Of a stretch of DNA of 64,000 nucleotides, positions 1-11,200 are shown one piece after another. Numbering within the stretch: position 1 is the stretch's first letter; each line of letters begins with the position of its first letter. Below the pieces are notes generated by a model that saw only the letters and a program-made list of their open reading frames with translations, did no database searches and was not told the DNA's origin. The stretch is from the NCBI GenBank assembly GCA_045597865.1, contig JAZLKX010000025.1:64001-128000 (forward strand), in the 5' to 3' direction. This stretch comes from Bacilli bacterium (GTDB lineage Bacteria; Bacillota_I; Bacilli_A; RFN20; CAG-826). A program made the position numbers and the translations under genes.

Positions 1-1506
1 CATTTAACAATTTATGAGACTCATATTGCTGACATTACTTCTTCAAGTACCTGGACTAATGTTAAGAAATTTAGAAAACTCGAAAAAACCTTCTTAGGCG
101 CTTGTTTAGAAGGTACAACTTATAGTGAAAACGGTAAAACCGTTTCTACTGGTTTCGATCATATTAAAGAACTTGGTGTAAATGCTGTTGAACTTCTTCC
201 GATTTTTGACCAAGCAAATGATGAAATTCATCCTACATTTAACTGGGGTTATAACCCAATTAACTACAATACTTTAGAGGGTGCTTATTCCACAAATCCA
301 TTTAATGGTTATACTAGAATTCGTGAGTTCAAAGAACTCGTTAAGAAATATCATGATAATGGAATGAACATCATAATGGATGTTGTTTTTAACCATATGA
401 ATGGTGCTCCAGGAAGTAACTTTGATGTTATTATGCCTGGTTATTATTTCAGATATCATCACAACGGAACATTATCAAATGGATCTGGTTGTGGTAACGA
501 AACTGCATCTGAACTTCCAATGATGAGAAAGTTCATGATTGACTCAGTAATGTTTTTCGCAAAAGAGTACAAACTAGGTGGATTTAGATTCGACTTAATG
601 GGCCTTCATGATTTGGACACAATGGAAGAATTATCCAGGAATTTGAAGGATTTTAACAAAAATATCGTGATTTTTGGTGAACCTTGGTGTGGTGGAGGAA
701 GCGCTCTTCCATTCAAAGATAGCGCAGTTCAATACAACATTCCTAAGTTTAAAGGTTATGGTGCTTTTAATGATAAAATCAGAGAATCATTAGTCCATTT
801 AAATAATGAACCAACTTATACAGGGTGGTGTGCAAATAGTAAATTCTTACCAAATGAAGGTGAAACTGCTCAAGTCGCTGCAGCAGTTAAAGGCATGATT
901 TTTGGAATGGGCGAAGGATTTGATGATCCAAATACACAAGTTAACTATGTTACTTGCCATGATAATCACACAATGTACGATAAACTCAAAGCTTCTAATT
1001 TTAAAGATGAAGCTGAGATTAAAAAGGTTTCAACTCTTGCTCACTCAATTATTTTCACTTCAAACGGTATTTCGTTTATGCTTGGAGGTGAAGAATTCCT
1101 TAGAACAAAGGGTGGCTGCGAAAACTCATATAATGCTCCATACGAAGTAAATGCTTTAGATTATTCTTTAAAAATAAAGAATTATGATATGTTTAAGACT
1201 TTCCAAAAATTAATTAAATTTAAACAAAGTGTTTATGAATTAGCTCTCGAAAAAGGTCTTAACAACTTACTTAAAGTAGATTCAGAAGATTTGAATTTAA
1301 TTTCTTATTCTTTAGCAGACAAAGACACAAATAGACTTTATTTAGTATTCCACGTTAATGGTTATAGAAATGGTGGAGCACACATTGTTGATTTAAGTGG
1401 CTACAAACTTTATCTTGATACAATCAATTCTCATAAATCTTTAGGAGCTAAAACTTCTTTAGTTCCATACGAAACATTAATTTGTTACAAAGAAAGAAAT
1501 GAATAG
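1..1506 (+). CDS. pulA: Type I pullulanase (GH13), 5' end truncated by window edge
   Basis: Frame open from base 1 (HLTIYETH...); motifs FNWGYNP, MDVVFNH, GFRFDLMG, GEPW, YVTCHDN. Confidence 0.9.
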   Translation, partial: HLTIYETHIADITSSSTWTNVKKFRKLEKTFLGACLEGTTYSENGKTVSTGFDHIKELGVNAVELLPIFDQANDEIHPTFNWGYNPINYNTLEGAYSTNPFNGYTRIREFKELVKKYHDNGMNIIMDVVFNHMNGAPGSNFDVIMPGYYFRYHHNGTLSNGSGCGNETASELPMMRKFMIDSVMFFAKEYKLGGFRFDLMGLHDLDTMEELSRNLKDFNKNIVIFGEPWCGGGSALPFKDSAVQYNIPKFKGYGAFNDKIRESLVHLNNEPTYTGWCANSKFLPNEGETAQVAAAVKGMIFGMGEGFDDPNTQVNYVTCHDNHTMYDKLKASNFKDEAEIKKVSTLAHSIIFTSNGISFMLGGEEFLRTKGGCENSYNAPYEVNALDYSLKIKNYDMFKTFQKLIKFKQSVYELALEKGLNNLLKVDSEDLNLISYSLADKDTNRLYLVFHVNGYRNGGAHIVDLSGYKLYLDTINSHKSLGAKTSLVPYETLICYKERNE

Positions 1507-2290
1507 CAAAATAACAACTGGACATCTAGACATTGTTGAACTCCCTTTTTCAAGCATGAAAAGAGTAGTGAGAATTTGGACTCCAAGTGATTATAACAAA
1601 GACAGAAAATATCCTGTCATCTATATGCATGACGGTCAAAATATCTTTAACTTTTTTGATAAAAGTATGGAGATGTGGAACCTCAACGAAATGGTTTCAG
1701 ATTGCATTATTGTTGGAGTAGATCACGGTGGTGTAAAAAGAATAGATGAACTCTCTCCAAAAGCATGGACAAAATATGGTAAAAATGCACCTTATGTTTG
1801 TAGGCCTTGTGGAGAAGAATATTGTGACTTTTTAGTGAACACAGTCATGAAATATGTGAACGAAAATTATAGTACAAAACAAGGCAGAGAATTCACATCA
1901 ATAGGTGGTTCATCGATGGGCGGAATTATGTCGCTTTATATTGCACTTACCTACAAAGAAATCTTTGGAAAAGCTTACGTCTTCTCTCCAGCATTTAAAG
2001 TGTATTCTGCAGGTTTTTTTGAGAAATTTCTCCAGGAAAACCCGCTTATTTTAGAAAATTTGCCTTACCTTTACATTGCTTCTGGAGGCACTCACGGAGC
2101 TGAAAGAAAAGGCTCTGGTGGAGATGAATCAATCATCGCAAAATATGTTCCATACATTAAAGAAGAACTCACAAAAAGAGGCTATCCAAAAGAGAAAATT
2201 GAAACCAAAATTTTAGAGGGCAGAGTTCACCACGAAACTACTTGGAGAGAGTTGTTTCCAAGTGCCTACAAATGGTTAGAAAATAAATAA
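1499..2290 (+). CDS. Alpha/beta hydrolase (putative esterase)
   Basis: YPVIYMHDGQN, nucleophile elbow GSSMGG, C-terminal HHETTW. Confidence 0.85.
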   Translation: MNSKITTGHLDIVELPFSSMKRVVRIWTPSDYNKDRKYPVIYMHDGQNIFNFFDKSMEMWNLNEMVSDCIIVGVDHGGVKRIDELSPKAWTKYGKNAPYVCRPCGEEYCDFLVNTVMKYVNENYSTKQGREFTSIGGSSMGGIMSLYIALTYKEIFGKAYVFSPAFKVYSAGFFEKFLQENPLILENLPYLYIASGGTHGAERKGSGGDESIIAKYVPYIKEELTKRGYPKEKIETKILEGRVHHETTWRELFPSAYKWLENK

Positions 2291-2323
2291 GAAAATGCGA
2301 ACCAAATTTGACTCGCATTTTTC
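2291..2323. terminator. Probable bidirectional terminator between convergent genes
   Basis: gaaaatgcga...tcgcattttt hairpin with A/T tails. Confidence 0.55.
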
Positions 2324-2755
2324 TTATAATAATTTGTCTATTTCGTCTTCGCTATAGACTTCAATTCCTTTTGATTTTAGAAGCTTAGCGGTGACTCCCA
2401 TTCCTGGAATCAAACGATCCATGAAGTAACCATTATGAATCATATGAGTTCCGCAACTTGGAGAATTTTCCTTAAGTACTGCCTTTGTAATTCCAAGGTA
2501 TTGGCAGAGCATCAATGCTTTGTTAGCGCCTGTCTCGAAATTTTTTGTAACATTTGTTCCGTCTTTCATAACGACTTGGCTGCCTTTGATCTCGCTAGGA
2601 TTTCTAGGGCATTTAAGTCCGCCTTCCATTTCTGGACAGAACAAAACTAGCTCATATTTTTCTTTGAGTTTTTCTACATCAGGATGATATTTTCCCTGAC
2701 CTTTGTAATTACATTTTTCGCCTACTAAACAAGCACTAATCAATATTTTTTGCAT
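2324..2755 (-). CDS. DUF523 family protein (2-thiouracil desulfurase-like)
   Basis: ILISACLVG, CPEMEGGL, LKENSPSCG motifs. Confidence 0.85.
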   Translation of the reverse strand: MQKILISACLVGEKCNYKGQGKYHPDVEKLKEKYELVLFCPEMEGGLKCPRNPSEIKGSQVVMKDGTNVTKNFETGANKALMLCQYLGITKAVLKENSPSCGTHMIHNGYFMDRLIPGMGVTAKLLKSKGIEVYSEDEIDKLL

Positions 2756-2799
2756 ATCAGTATTTTAACAACAATTATTTTTGTTGTAAAATGTTTAAT

Positions 2800-3420
2800 A
2801 TGGAAAATCCAGCATTTATCTATATCTATAACGGAAAACAATATACTGTTTTCATAACAAAAGGTTTTCAACGTAACATTTACTATAGATATAGAAAAGA
2901 TGGTTTTCATATATCTTGTCCTAAATTAACTACCTTAATCGCAATAAGAAAAGGACTTGATAAATTTGCAGGCAGATTAATTTCTCAATTTGAGAAAAGA
3001 AACTGCAATTATTCTTTTGAAGAAAATTTTATTTATATTCTCGGTGAAAAATATGAACTTAGTCAGTTTCATTTAGAATCTGATAAAGATGTACATGATT
3101 TTCTTATAGAAAAAGCTAAAGTTGTATTTCTTAATTTGGTTCGCAAGAACGAACAATTAATGAAAATTAAAGAACCATACAAAATTAAATTAAAAAATAC
3201 TGGTTCACAATTTGGTTCAAACTCTAAACAAACTCACACTTTATCATTCCAATTCAATTTGATTCACTATAGTGAAGAAATAATTGAATCAGTAGTAATT
3301 CATGAGCTTGCTCATGATTTCTACAGAAACCACCAAGAAGGTTTCTATGAAGTGGTTTATAAATACTGCCCAAGATATAAAGAAATACAGAAGAAACTTA
3401 AGAAAGGAATTCACAAATGA
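2800..3420 (+). CDS. YgjP/DUF45 family M48-like metallohydrolase
   Basis: VVIHELAH zinc motif followed by NH..GFY; start placed at ATG 2800, 7 nt after TAAAAT. Confidence 0.75.
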   Translation: MENPAFIYIYNGKQYTVFITKGFQRNIYYRYRKDGFHISCPKLTTLIAIRKGLDKFAGRLISQFEKRNCNYSFEENFIYILGEKYELSQFHLESDKDVHDFLIEKAKVVFLNLVRKNEQLMKIKEPYKIKLKNTGSQFGSNSKQTHTLSFQFNLIHYSEEIIESVVIHELAHDFYRNHQEGFYEVVYKYCPRYKEIQKKLKKGIHK

Positions 3421-4133
3421 TATACGAAATTAAATCAAGACAAAACGATAAGATTAAAGAAGTTGTGAAACTTTCAAATATTAAATCTTCTAAAGAAGCA
3501 AATCTTTTTAAGATTGAAGGATTTCATGCTCTTGAAATGGCTTTAGAAGCAAAGGCTGTTAAATCAGTCTTTACTTGTAAAGAAATAAAAGATTTGCCAT
3601 CTAATATTCCTCAATACATTGTTTCAAAAGAAATAATGGAGAAGATTTCATATGCTAAAAACCCACAAGGAGTTGTTGTGGTGTGTAACTACATTCCAGT
3701 AAGAGCAATAACATCAAATAAAGTTTTGCTTTTAGATGATGTTAGTGATCCTGGAAATGTTGGAACACTTTTAAGAACCGCTTTAGCCTTCGGTTACAAA
3801 GATGTAATTATGCTTGGAGGTTGTTCTCAATACAATGAGAAGGTTCTCCAATCAACTCAAGGCGCAATCTTTAAATTAAATATCGTTAATGATATTGATA
3901 TAAATAGTTTAAAAGACTATGAAATACTCGCTACAGAAATAAAAGGTTCAGTGGAACTTTCTAAAGTTACACCTGGACCTAAACACATCCTTGTGCTTGG
4001 TAACGAAGCACATGGAGTGTCAAATAAAATCCTCTCACTTTCGACTAAGAGGATTAGAATTGATATTTCTGATATCGAATCACTTAACGTTGCTGTTGCA
4101 GGTGCAATTGCAATGTATAAGTTATCTAATTAA
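3417..4133 (+). CDS. TrmH/SpoU family RNA methyltransferase
   Basis: DPGNVGTLLRTA, LGNEAHG, ESLNVAVA SPOUT motifs. Confidence 0.9.
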   Translation: MIYEIKSRQNDKIKEVVKLSNIKSSKEANLFKIEGFHALEMALEAKAVKSVFTCKEIKDLPSNIPQYIVSKEIMEKISYAKNPQGVVVVCNYIPVRAITSNKVLLLDDVSDPGNVGTLLRTALAFGYKDVIMLGGCSQYNEKVLQSTQGAIFKLNIVNDIDINSLKDYEILATEIKGSVELSKVTPGPKHILVLGNEAHGVSNKILSLSTKRIRIDISDIESLNVAVAGAIAMYKLSN

Positions 4134-4135
4134 CT

Positions 4136-4489
4136 TTAGTTAATCTTAGAGATAACGTCGAGGTATAATGCCTCGACTTTTTTGTAGGCAGCATTAACTT
4201 CGTCTGGGTTAGCAGTTTTTGCTAAATCTCCACGCATAAGTTCAGTAAGAGTAACTGCTGCGGCGCCAAGTTCTTTGAATGCTAGGTTAAGTGATACACC
4301 TTTTAATGTGTGCGCTTCAAAGAAAGCTTTTTCATAATCATGAGTTTCAATGGCTGCTTTTAAGCCATCAAGTTTTTGAGTTTCTTTGAACTTTAAAACA
4401 AATCTTTCAATTAATGCATCGTTCATTAATCTTGAAAGTGCTTCTTCATAATTACCGCCAATTTCTTCGTAAAATTTCTTAATTTCCAT
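4136..4489 (-). CDS. Hpt (histidine phosphotransfer) protein
   Basis: AHTLKGVSLNL motif, 117 aa helical, in operon with hybrid kinase. Confidence 0.85.
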   Translation of the reverse strand: MEIKKFYEEIGGNYEEALSRLMNDALIERFVLKFKETQKLDGLKAAIETHDYEKAFFEAHTLKGVSLNLAFKELGAAAVTLTELMRGDLAKTANPDEVNAAYKKVEALYLDVISKIN

Positions 4490-4501
4490 GGGTTTTCTCG
4501 C

Positions 4502-6169
4502 TTATTTGTGATTTTTTAAATAGGTAATAAACTCATCTTCTGGGAGTGGTTTAGAGTAGAAGTAACCTTGAATTGCATCACAATCAAGATCACGATATAA
4601 ATTCTTTTGTTCTTCGGTTTCAATGCCTTCTGCGATTACTTTTGCACCAAGTTCGTGTGCCAATGCGATAACGTGTTTAACAACATCTTTTTGAGCTTCA
4701 AGACGTCTTGCAAAGGTGATATCAAGTTTTAGATAATCCATTGGAATATCACTAATCATGCCAAGGCATGAATAACCAGAACCGAAATCATCAATTTCAA
4801 TTTTAAAACCTTCATCACGAATGATTTTTGCTTTTGCAAGAACTTCAGCAGAGTTACCTGCTAAAGATTCAGTGATTTCAAAATGTAATTGGTCTTTATT
4901 AAAACCATGATATTCAATTGCTTGAGTTAATAGTTTTGGATCTGCAAAAACAGCTAAGTCTCTACGCGATAAGTTAACTGAAATTGGAATTTCTTTTAAT
5001 CCTAACTTTTTGCATTTAGCAAGGAATTCAATGGTTTTTTTAACGATAAACTCGTCTAATTTGGTAATTAAACCAGTTTCTTCAAATGTAGGAATAAAGT
5101 CTCCTGGAGAAATAAAACCAAGTTCTGGATGAATCCATCTAACAAGTGCTTCTGCTCCGACAAGTTCATCGGTCTTGCAGTCATGCTTTGGTTGAATGTA
5201 GATTTTAAAGTCCTCATTTTTGATAGAATCATCCATGTATTCTACAAGTAAGTGTTTATAGTTTTCTTTTTCAATAATTGTTTTATCAAAGAAGATAATA
5301 CTTCCTTCAGACTTAGCATTATTAGAATGGTAAGTGGTGAAGAGTTTGTTCATTAAATTATTGGTGGATAAGTTCTTATCAACGTTTTCATAGACAATAT
5401 GTTTCAAAGAAACATTTGGAATAGGTGAGACTTCAGAAAGTTCCTTTTCAATTTCTTTGATAATTGGTTTGTAATCAACTTCTGAGTTAATGACGAATGC
5501 TAAGTTGTCTCCGCCATAACGAGCCATTGCCAAAGCATCGTTTCCGTATTTTTGGAATATTGAACCCATGACTTTAAGAAGTTTATCGCAATCATCTTCA
5601 CCATAAGTGGTGTTCATATAAGTGAAATCTTGGATGATACATAAAATGTATGTTAAATCTACATCTGCTTTTTTAAGTACGTTATCAGAGATGTAGTGGA
5701 AGAATTCTCTATTAATCAAACCAGTCTTTTGATCAAGTCTAGTTTCTAAGATTGCACCAATAGATGCTTTTAATCTAATTAAAGCCTCAACTCTTTTTAA
5801 AATAACATTTGGTTTATATGGTTTTGTGACGAAATCGGAAGCACCTTTTTCTAAGGCGTGTTCTTCTTCATCTCCTTCGGAGGTTGTTACAATAACAGGG
5901 ATTTTCTTGTAATCTTCATGTTTGTTGAACTCATCTAAAAAGCCATAGCCGTCAAGCACTGGCATTTGGATGTCTAATAAAATTAATGAAATGAAATCTT
6001 TGTTGTTCTTTAAAACATCAAGACCTTCTTTACCATTTGTGGCTTCTAAGACAATATATTTTTCTTCAAGAATCGATTTTAAAATTTCTCTATTAATGTC
6101 ATTGTCTTCGACAACTAATACAGTTTTCTTAAGATTGAATAAGTCTTGTTCGCTTCGAAACGCTGTCAT
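4502..6169 (-). CDS. Response regulator with REC, degenerate GGDEF and EAL domains (c-di-GMP phosphodiesterase)
   Basis: LVVEDN..LLDIQMP..KP receiver; RYGGDN degenerate GGDEF; GAEALVRW, EITES, IDDFGSGYS, AEGIET, QGYFYSKP. Confidence 0.9.
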   Translation of the reverse strand: MTAFRSEQDLFNLKKTVLVVEDNDINREILKSILEEKYIVLEATNGKEGLDVLKNNKDFISLILLDIQMPVLDGYGFLDEFNKHEDYKKIPVIVTTSEGDEEEHALEKGASDFVTKPYKPNVILKRVEALIRLKASIGAILETRLDQKTGLINREFFHYISDNVLKKADVDLTYILCIIQDFTYMNTTYGEDDCDKLLKVMGSIFQKYGNDALAMARYGGDNLAFVINSEVDYKPIIKEIEKELSEVSPIPNVSLKHIVYENVDKNLSTNNLMNKLFTTYHSNNAKSEGSIIFFDKTIIEKENYKHLLVEYMDDSIKNEDFKIYIQPKHDCKTDELVGAEALVRWIHPELGFISPGDFIPTFEETGLITKLDEFIVKKTIEFLAKCKKLGLKEIPISVNLSRRDLAVFADPKLLTQAIEYHGFNKDQLHFEITESLAGNSAEVLAKAKIIRDEGFKIEIDDFGSGYSCLGMISDIPMDYLKLDITFARRLEAQKDVVKHVIALAHELGAKVIAEGIETEEQKNLYRDLDCDAIQGYFYSKPLPEDEFITYLKNHK

Positions 6170-8070
6170 TTTCTAAGGTTCTTTCTAATCTCTTCTTTTA
6201 ATAAATTAAAATCAATTGGTTTTGCAACGTGACCATTCATTCCTGCTGCAATTGCTTTCTTCTTATCCTCATCAAAAGCATTTGCAGTCATAGCAATGAT
6301 TGGAATTATTTTAGCATCTTCTCTAGATAATTTCCTTATTTCTTGTGTAGATTCATATCCATTGAGTTCTGGCATCATAATATCCATTAATACAACATCA
6401 AATGAATTTGGTTCGCTATTCTTAAATATTTCAAGTGCTTTTTGACCATCTGTTGCAGGCGTAATTATTACGCCATTTTGTTCTAAGATTGTCTTAGCAA
6501 TTTCCATGTTAAGTTCATTATCTTCTGCGAGAAGAATTCTAAGGCCTTCCATTGTGAAATTATCATCCTTTGAAGCTAAAGCTTCTTCAGCTTGAGAGTC
6601 TGCAATTTTGAATGGAATTGTAATGAAGAATTCTGTTCCTTTTCCAAGTTCAGATTTAACTTCAATTTTACCTCTCATAAGATCGACAAGTTGTTTGGTA
6701 ATTGACATGCCAAGACCTGTGCCTTGATAGTTGCTTCTAGCAGTCTTTCTTTCTTGTGAGAATGGCTCAAAAATTTTCTTTGTAAATTCTTCACTCATTC
6801 CAACACCTGTATCTATAGTATGGAAGACATAATTAACATAACCATCAATCTCATCGGTTTGGTAAACTTCAAGGTCAACTCTTCCTTCGTTTGTAAACTT
6901 GACTGAGTTACCTAAAACGTTAATTAAAATTTGTCTAATTCTGGTTTCATCACCAATGATAAATGGATGAGTAGGAGTTTTTAAAAATTTGCACTTAAAT
7001 GTGATATCTTTTTTAGCGGCTTCTCCAAACATAATAAATGAGACTCCGCCGACAGCTTTTCTAATATCAATTCTTTCTTCATTTAGGAAGTCACTTTGTT
7101 TATTTTCGATACGTGTCATATCGAGGACATCATTAACCAAAGAAAGTAAGTGTTTTGATGCTGTGTCAATTTTATTGACATATTCTTTAACTTTCTTTGG
7201 ATCTTTTTCATCTTTTGCAAGATTTGTTAAGCCCATAATTCCGTTAATAGGAGTACGGATATCGTGGGACATATTTGCTAAGAATTCTTGCTTTGTTGCG
7301 TTAGCTTTTTGGGCTGCAGAAACTTCGTGGTAATCTTCCAAAAATGTTTCTCTTTGACGAGTAACGTTGATGGAATAAATTGCGACTGTGAAAACTGCAA
7401 AACCTAGTGAGTAGAATGGGCCATCTGGATAAGCCATTTGAAGTGCACCAAAAATAGCAGGAATAATTAAGAAGAATGCACCAGAGAAATATTTAACTGT
7501 TGGAGTTTTTTGATTAAAATGCATAAATCCTTTAATTACCGCGTATATTGCGAGCGGGATGTATTGGGCGAATTGTAAGGCGAAAACGACATAACGAACA
7601 GTTTTGTCGACTGTCATATAGACACCTTTGTCATTAATTTGGAACCAAAATCCTTTGCCTGTAGCATTTGAAATAATGTTAGTTAAAATTAAAGAAAGTT
7701 GGGCTGCCATTACAAGATATCTATAGATAGATACTATAAGTTTTTGATTTTTTTCTAGCTTAAAGAAATGAACAGCATAAATTGAAATTGCAACAGAAGA
7801 AGCAGCAGCAAAAATATGGAATAAATAAGTTGAAATTTCGTAAATCAATGGAGAAATAATAAAATCTGGTTTAACAGTAAAACCAATTACACCCCAAATA
7901 GCATCAATTCCACAGAAAGCGATAAAGAAGATAAAAATTTGAGTTAACTTCTTATCAACTGATTGTTTGTAAGCTGTTGAAACAGTTCTGTTTAAAATAA
8001 TTGCAACGATAAACGCGCAAATAACACCAACGTACGCATATAGTTGGTAGACAAATGTTTGAGCATCCAT
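6166..8070 (-). CDS. Membrane hybrid sensor histidine kinase/response regulator
   Basis: Multiple N-terminal TM segments; FLANMSHDIRTP H-box, N/G boxes (GTGLGM), C-terminal receiver LLAEDN..MDIMMP. Confidence 0.92.
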   Translation of the reverse strand: MDAQTFVYQLYAYVGVICAFIVAIILNRTVSTAYKQSVDKKLTQIFIFFIAFCGIDAIWGVIGFTVKPDFIISPLIYEISTYLFHIFAAASSVAISIYAVHFFKLEKNQKLIVSIYRYLVMAAQLSLILTNIISNATGKGFWFQINDKGVYMTVDKTVRYVVFALQFAQYIPLAIYAVIKGFMHFNQKTPTVKYFSGAFFLIIPAIFGALQMAYPDGPFYSLGFAVFTVAIYSINVTRQRETFLEDYHEVSAAQKANATKQEFLANMSHDIRTPINGIMGLTNLAKDEKDPKKVKEYVNKIDTASKHLLSLVNDVLDMTRIENKQSDFLNEERIDIRKAVGGVSFIMFGEAAKKDITFKCKFLKTPTHPFIIGDETRIRQILINVLGNSVKFTNEGRVDLEVYQTDEIDGYVNYVFHTIDTGVGMSEEFTKKIFEPFSQERKTARSNYQGTGLGMSITKQLVDLMRGKIEVKSELGKGTEFFITIPFKIADSQAEEALASKDDNFTMEGLRILLAEDNELNMEIAKTILEQNGVIITPATDGQKALEIFKNSEPNSFDVVLMDIMMPELNGYESTQEIRKLSREDAKIIPIIAMTANAFDEDKKKAIAAGMNGHVAKPIDFNLLKEEIRKNLRK

Positions 8071-8278
8071 ATAAAATACCTGCTTTTCTTTAATTTAATA
8101 TTATATTAATTTTCACAGTTTTGAAAATATTTTCATAAAATTGTAAACACTTACATATAAATAAAAATAAAATTTTATTTGCAATTTTCAAAATAATCTA
8201 TATTCTTTTTCACAAAAGAAAGTCGGTGTAAAAAATTATTATACTGGCTTTTCTTTAAAAAAATGAAAGGAGAATTTT

Positions 8279-11200
8279 ATGAAAAAATTCAAACTTCTTG
8301 TTACAAGCTTATTTGCTACTACAATGTTAGCAGCTTGTGGCGAAAAACCTTGCGAACACATTGATGATAATAAGGATCATTATTGTGATTTATGCAAGGA
8401 AAAACTTAGTGATCATGCTGATGACAATCACGATCATCTCTGTGAGTACTGCGGTAATATTCTTTCTGAGTGTGAACCAGGAGAGAATTCTCACACATGC
8501 GATTATTGTGGCAAAGTCTTCACTGAACACTATGACAACAACAAAGACGGCAAATGCGATATTTGTGATGAAGCATTACCAACAGTTACATCTGTAAAAA
8601 TTTCAAATGTTCCAGAGTACATTCTTGTTGAAGGTTCAGCCAAATTAGCAGTTAATGTCCAAGTTAAGGACGATGCTGGCAAAGATGTTGTTTGGTCATC
8701 AAGCAATCCTGATGTAGCAACAGTTGCTGCAGATGGTACTGTTACTGGCGTTAGCGCTGGCCAAGCAATTATTAGTGTTGCATCTTCTGTTGACGGTTCA
8801 AAATTTGATTCCGTAGTTGTCAAAATTGTTGATGAAGGTATTAAGGAAATCGAAATTCTCGATCTTCCTGAAGTAATTGGCCTTGGCGAATGGATTTTAC
8901 TTGACGCAGATGTTTCATTCTACGGCGAAGAAGAATCAGATTTTGTTTGGTCAATTGTTAAATATGAAGGCGAAGGAGACCTTCTCTTAGATACTGATTC
9001 AGATGGTACATGGATTCAAGGACTCGAACTTGGTTTTGTTGAAGTTCGTGCAGTTTCCGTTGATGATCCATCAGTCTATGCATCTCAATTTATTGAGGTC
9101 ATTGATAAAGGACCAGAACCAGATCTTTACAATTATGGCCTTCCATATTTAAAAGAAGATCCAAGCGATCTCTTAGAATTAGTCATTGGTGAAGGAGAAT
9201 ATGATTTATTTGTTCCATCAGAGAATATTTGCGAAAACGGATATTATTTCTATCCATTGATGACTGAATCTGGTGCATTAGTTGGTGCTGAACTCATTCT
9301 TAACATTGGCACTTACTTTGCTACAGAAGAACAAATGGCTCTCGGCTATCAACTTATGGGCGAATTAGATGGAGATGAAAATCTTTACTATTTCTGCGAC
9401 ATTTTTAATGATGATGCCAATTGCTATATGGACAGCACAAAGACTTATGAAATCGACTCAATTGTCGAAGGTGGCAATAACGATTACTACTTTACATTAG
9501 CCTATTACCGCACTGATGCACTTTATGCTGGTGACGAACTCACTGAAGATGAAGCATGGCCAGAAGAGGCTTCTGCATTCATGATCGAAAACTTTGGCGA
9601 AGAATTACCATTCGTCAAAATGGGTGCTGCATATGATTTTGATGTTCAAGTTCCAGATCCAGAAGATCCATATGATGATTCTGTTACAATGATTATGTTC
9701 TATGACTTCTCAACCAATCACGAAGTCACTGATAACCTTGGTGAATTCCTTGAAGCCCAAGGATTTACATTTGTTAAATCATCATGGACATATCAAAAAC
9801 CATTAGCATCTAATCCATTAAAGTCAATTACTGTTGAAAGTTACTATACTTCATACGGTAACACCATTGGTGTTTATATTGACAATACTGTTTTCCAAGC
9901 ATTCCCATCAGATGTCGTTAATGATTATGTTACAAACACACTTGGATCAGAAAATTCAGTTCCAGGCTTCACACTTTCAAGTGAAGAAATGACTGACTAT
10001 AGATTCTACCCAGCAACTGATACTGCAGATTACATTAAAGTTACAGGTTTATATGCAACTTATGATGAATTCGAAAGCTACTTAGCTGCTATTGCTGGCG
10101 AAGGTTATACTTGTGTTGCTTCTGAATTCTACGAAACAAGGAATCCAGAACATATCTATAATGCAACCTTCATTTTAGGTAAGATTCAATTAGAAGTTTC
10201 TTGTGACCCACAAGTTGAAATTGATTGGGATACATTTACAATCACAACTGATTGGGATTACTCAACTATTTCTATTAAAGTCAGTGATTCAGGATTAGAA
10301 GAAACTGCAGGTTTAACAATTGTTTCTAACAAAGAAGTTAGTGCTAGAATTGATGATGAATTTGATGTTGTAGCTGTTAGCTATGGCATTGATGCTTCTA
10401 AACTTACATTTACTTCAAGCGATGAAAGCATTGCAACAGTTGATGAAAATGGTCACGTTGTTGCAAAAGGAAAAGGCGAAGTCACAATTAAAGCAGAAAT
10501 TGTTGATGGCGAAACCTATTCTGATGAAGTTGCACTTAGTGTTAATTACAAAGTAAGCTCAGACGAAGTTGTATTTGCTGATCTTGATATGTCAAATTTA
10601 GGCAGTGTTGTTTCTGCAAAGAATACTTCCCTTGCAATGATTAAGGCAGAAGCTGAATCAGCTCCTGAATACAATGATGGTTATGTCTACCTTCCAGAAG
10701 GTTCACAAATCGTTGTTCAATTAGATGGCGATCACACTGCATCAAAGATTGAATTTGCTGCAGGTGAAGGTTCAGAAATCGACTTTACAGCTGACAACGG
10801 TGTTGTTGTCAAAGGCGCTTGGTATGCTGATGAAGAATCAGGTGTTCAAAATTCACTTGTTTTAACTGTCAATGCTGGTTGCTATATCAGCGGAATGAAC
10901 ATCACTATTGATGGCGATCTTGAAGATATTCCATCTGCAATTAGCATCTATGATGTTGCTTCAGATTTCATATATTGGTATAGTGATTCATTTGTATATT
11001 TCAATGATGCTTCATATTATGATATGAACTATCTTGATGTTTACTGTGGTTATGACACAGGAATGCTTGCTGAAGAATGGCTTGATGATGACTACACATT
11101 AGCTGATGTCCTTGAAGAAAATTCTTGGTTATGGGAATATATGTTACTTATTCCATTTGAACCAGATGCAGACGGAATTTACTTCAATCCAGATGGTAGC

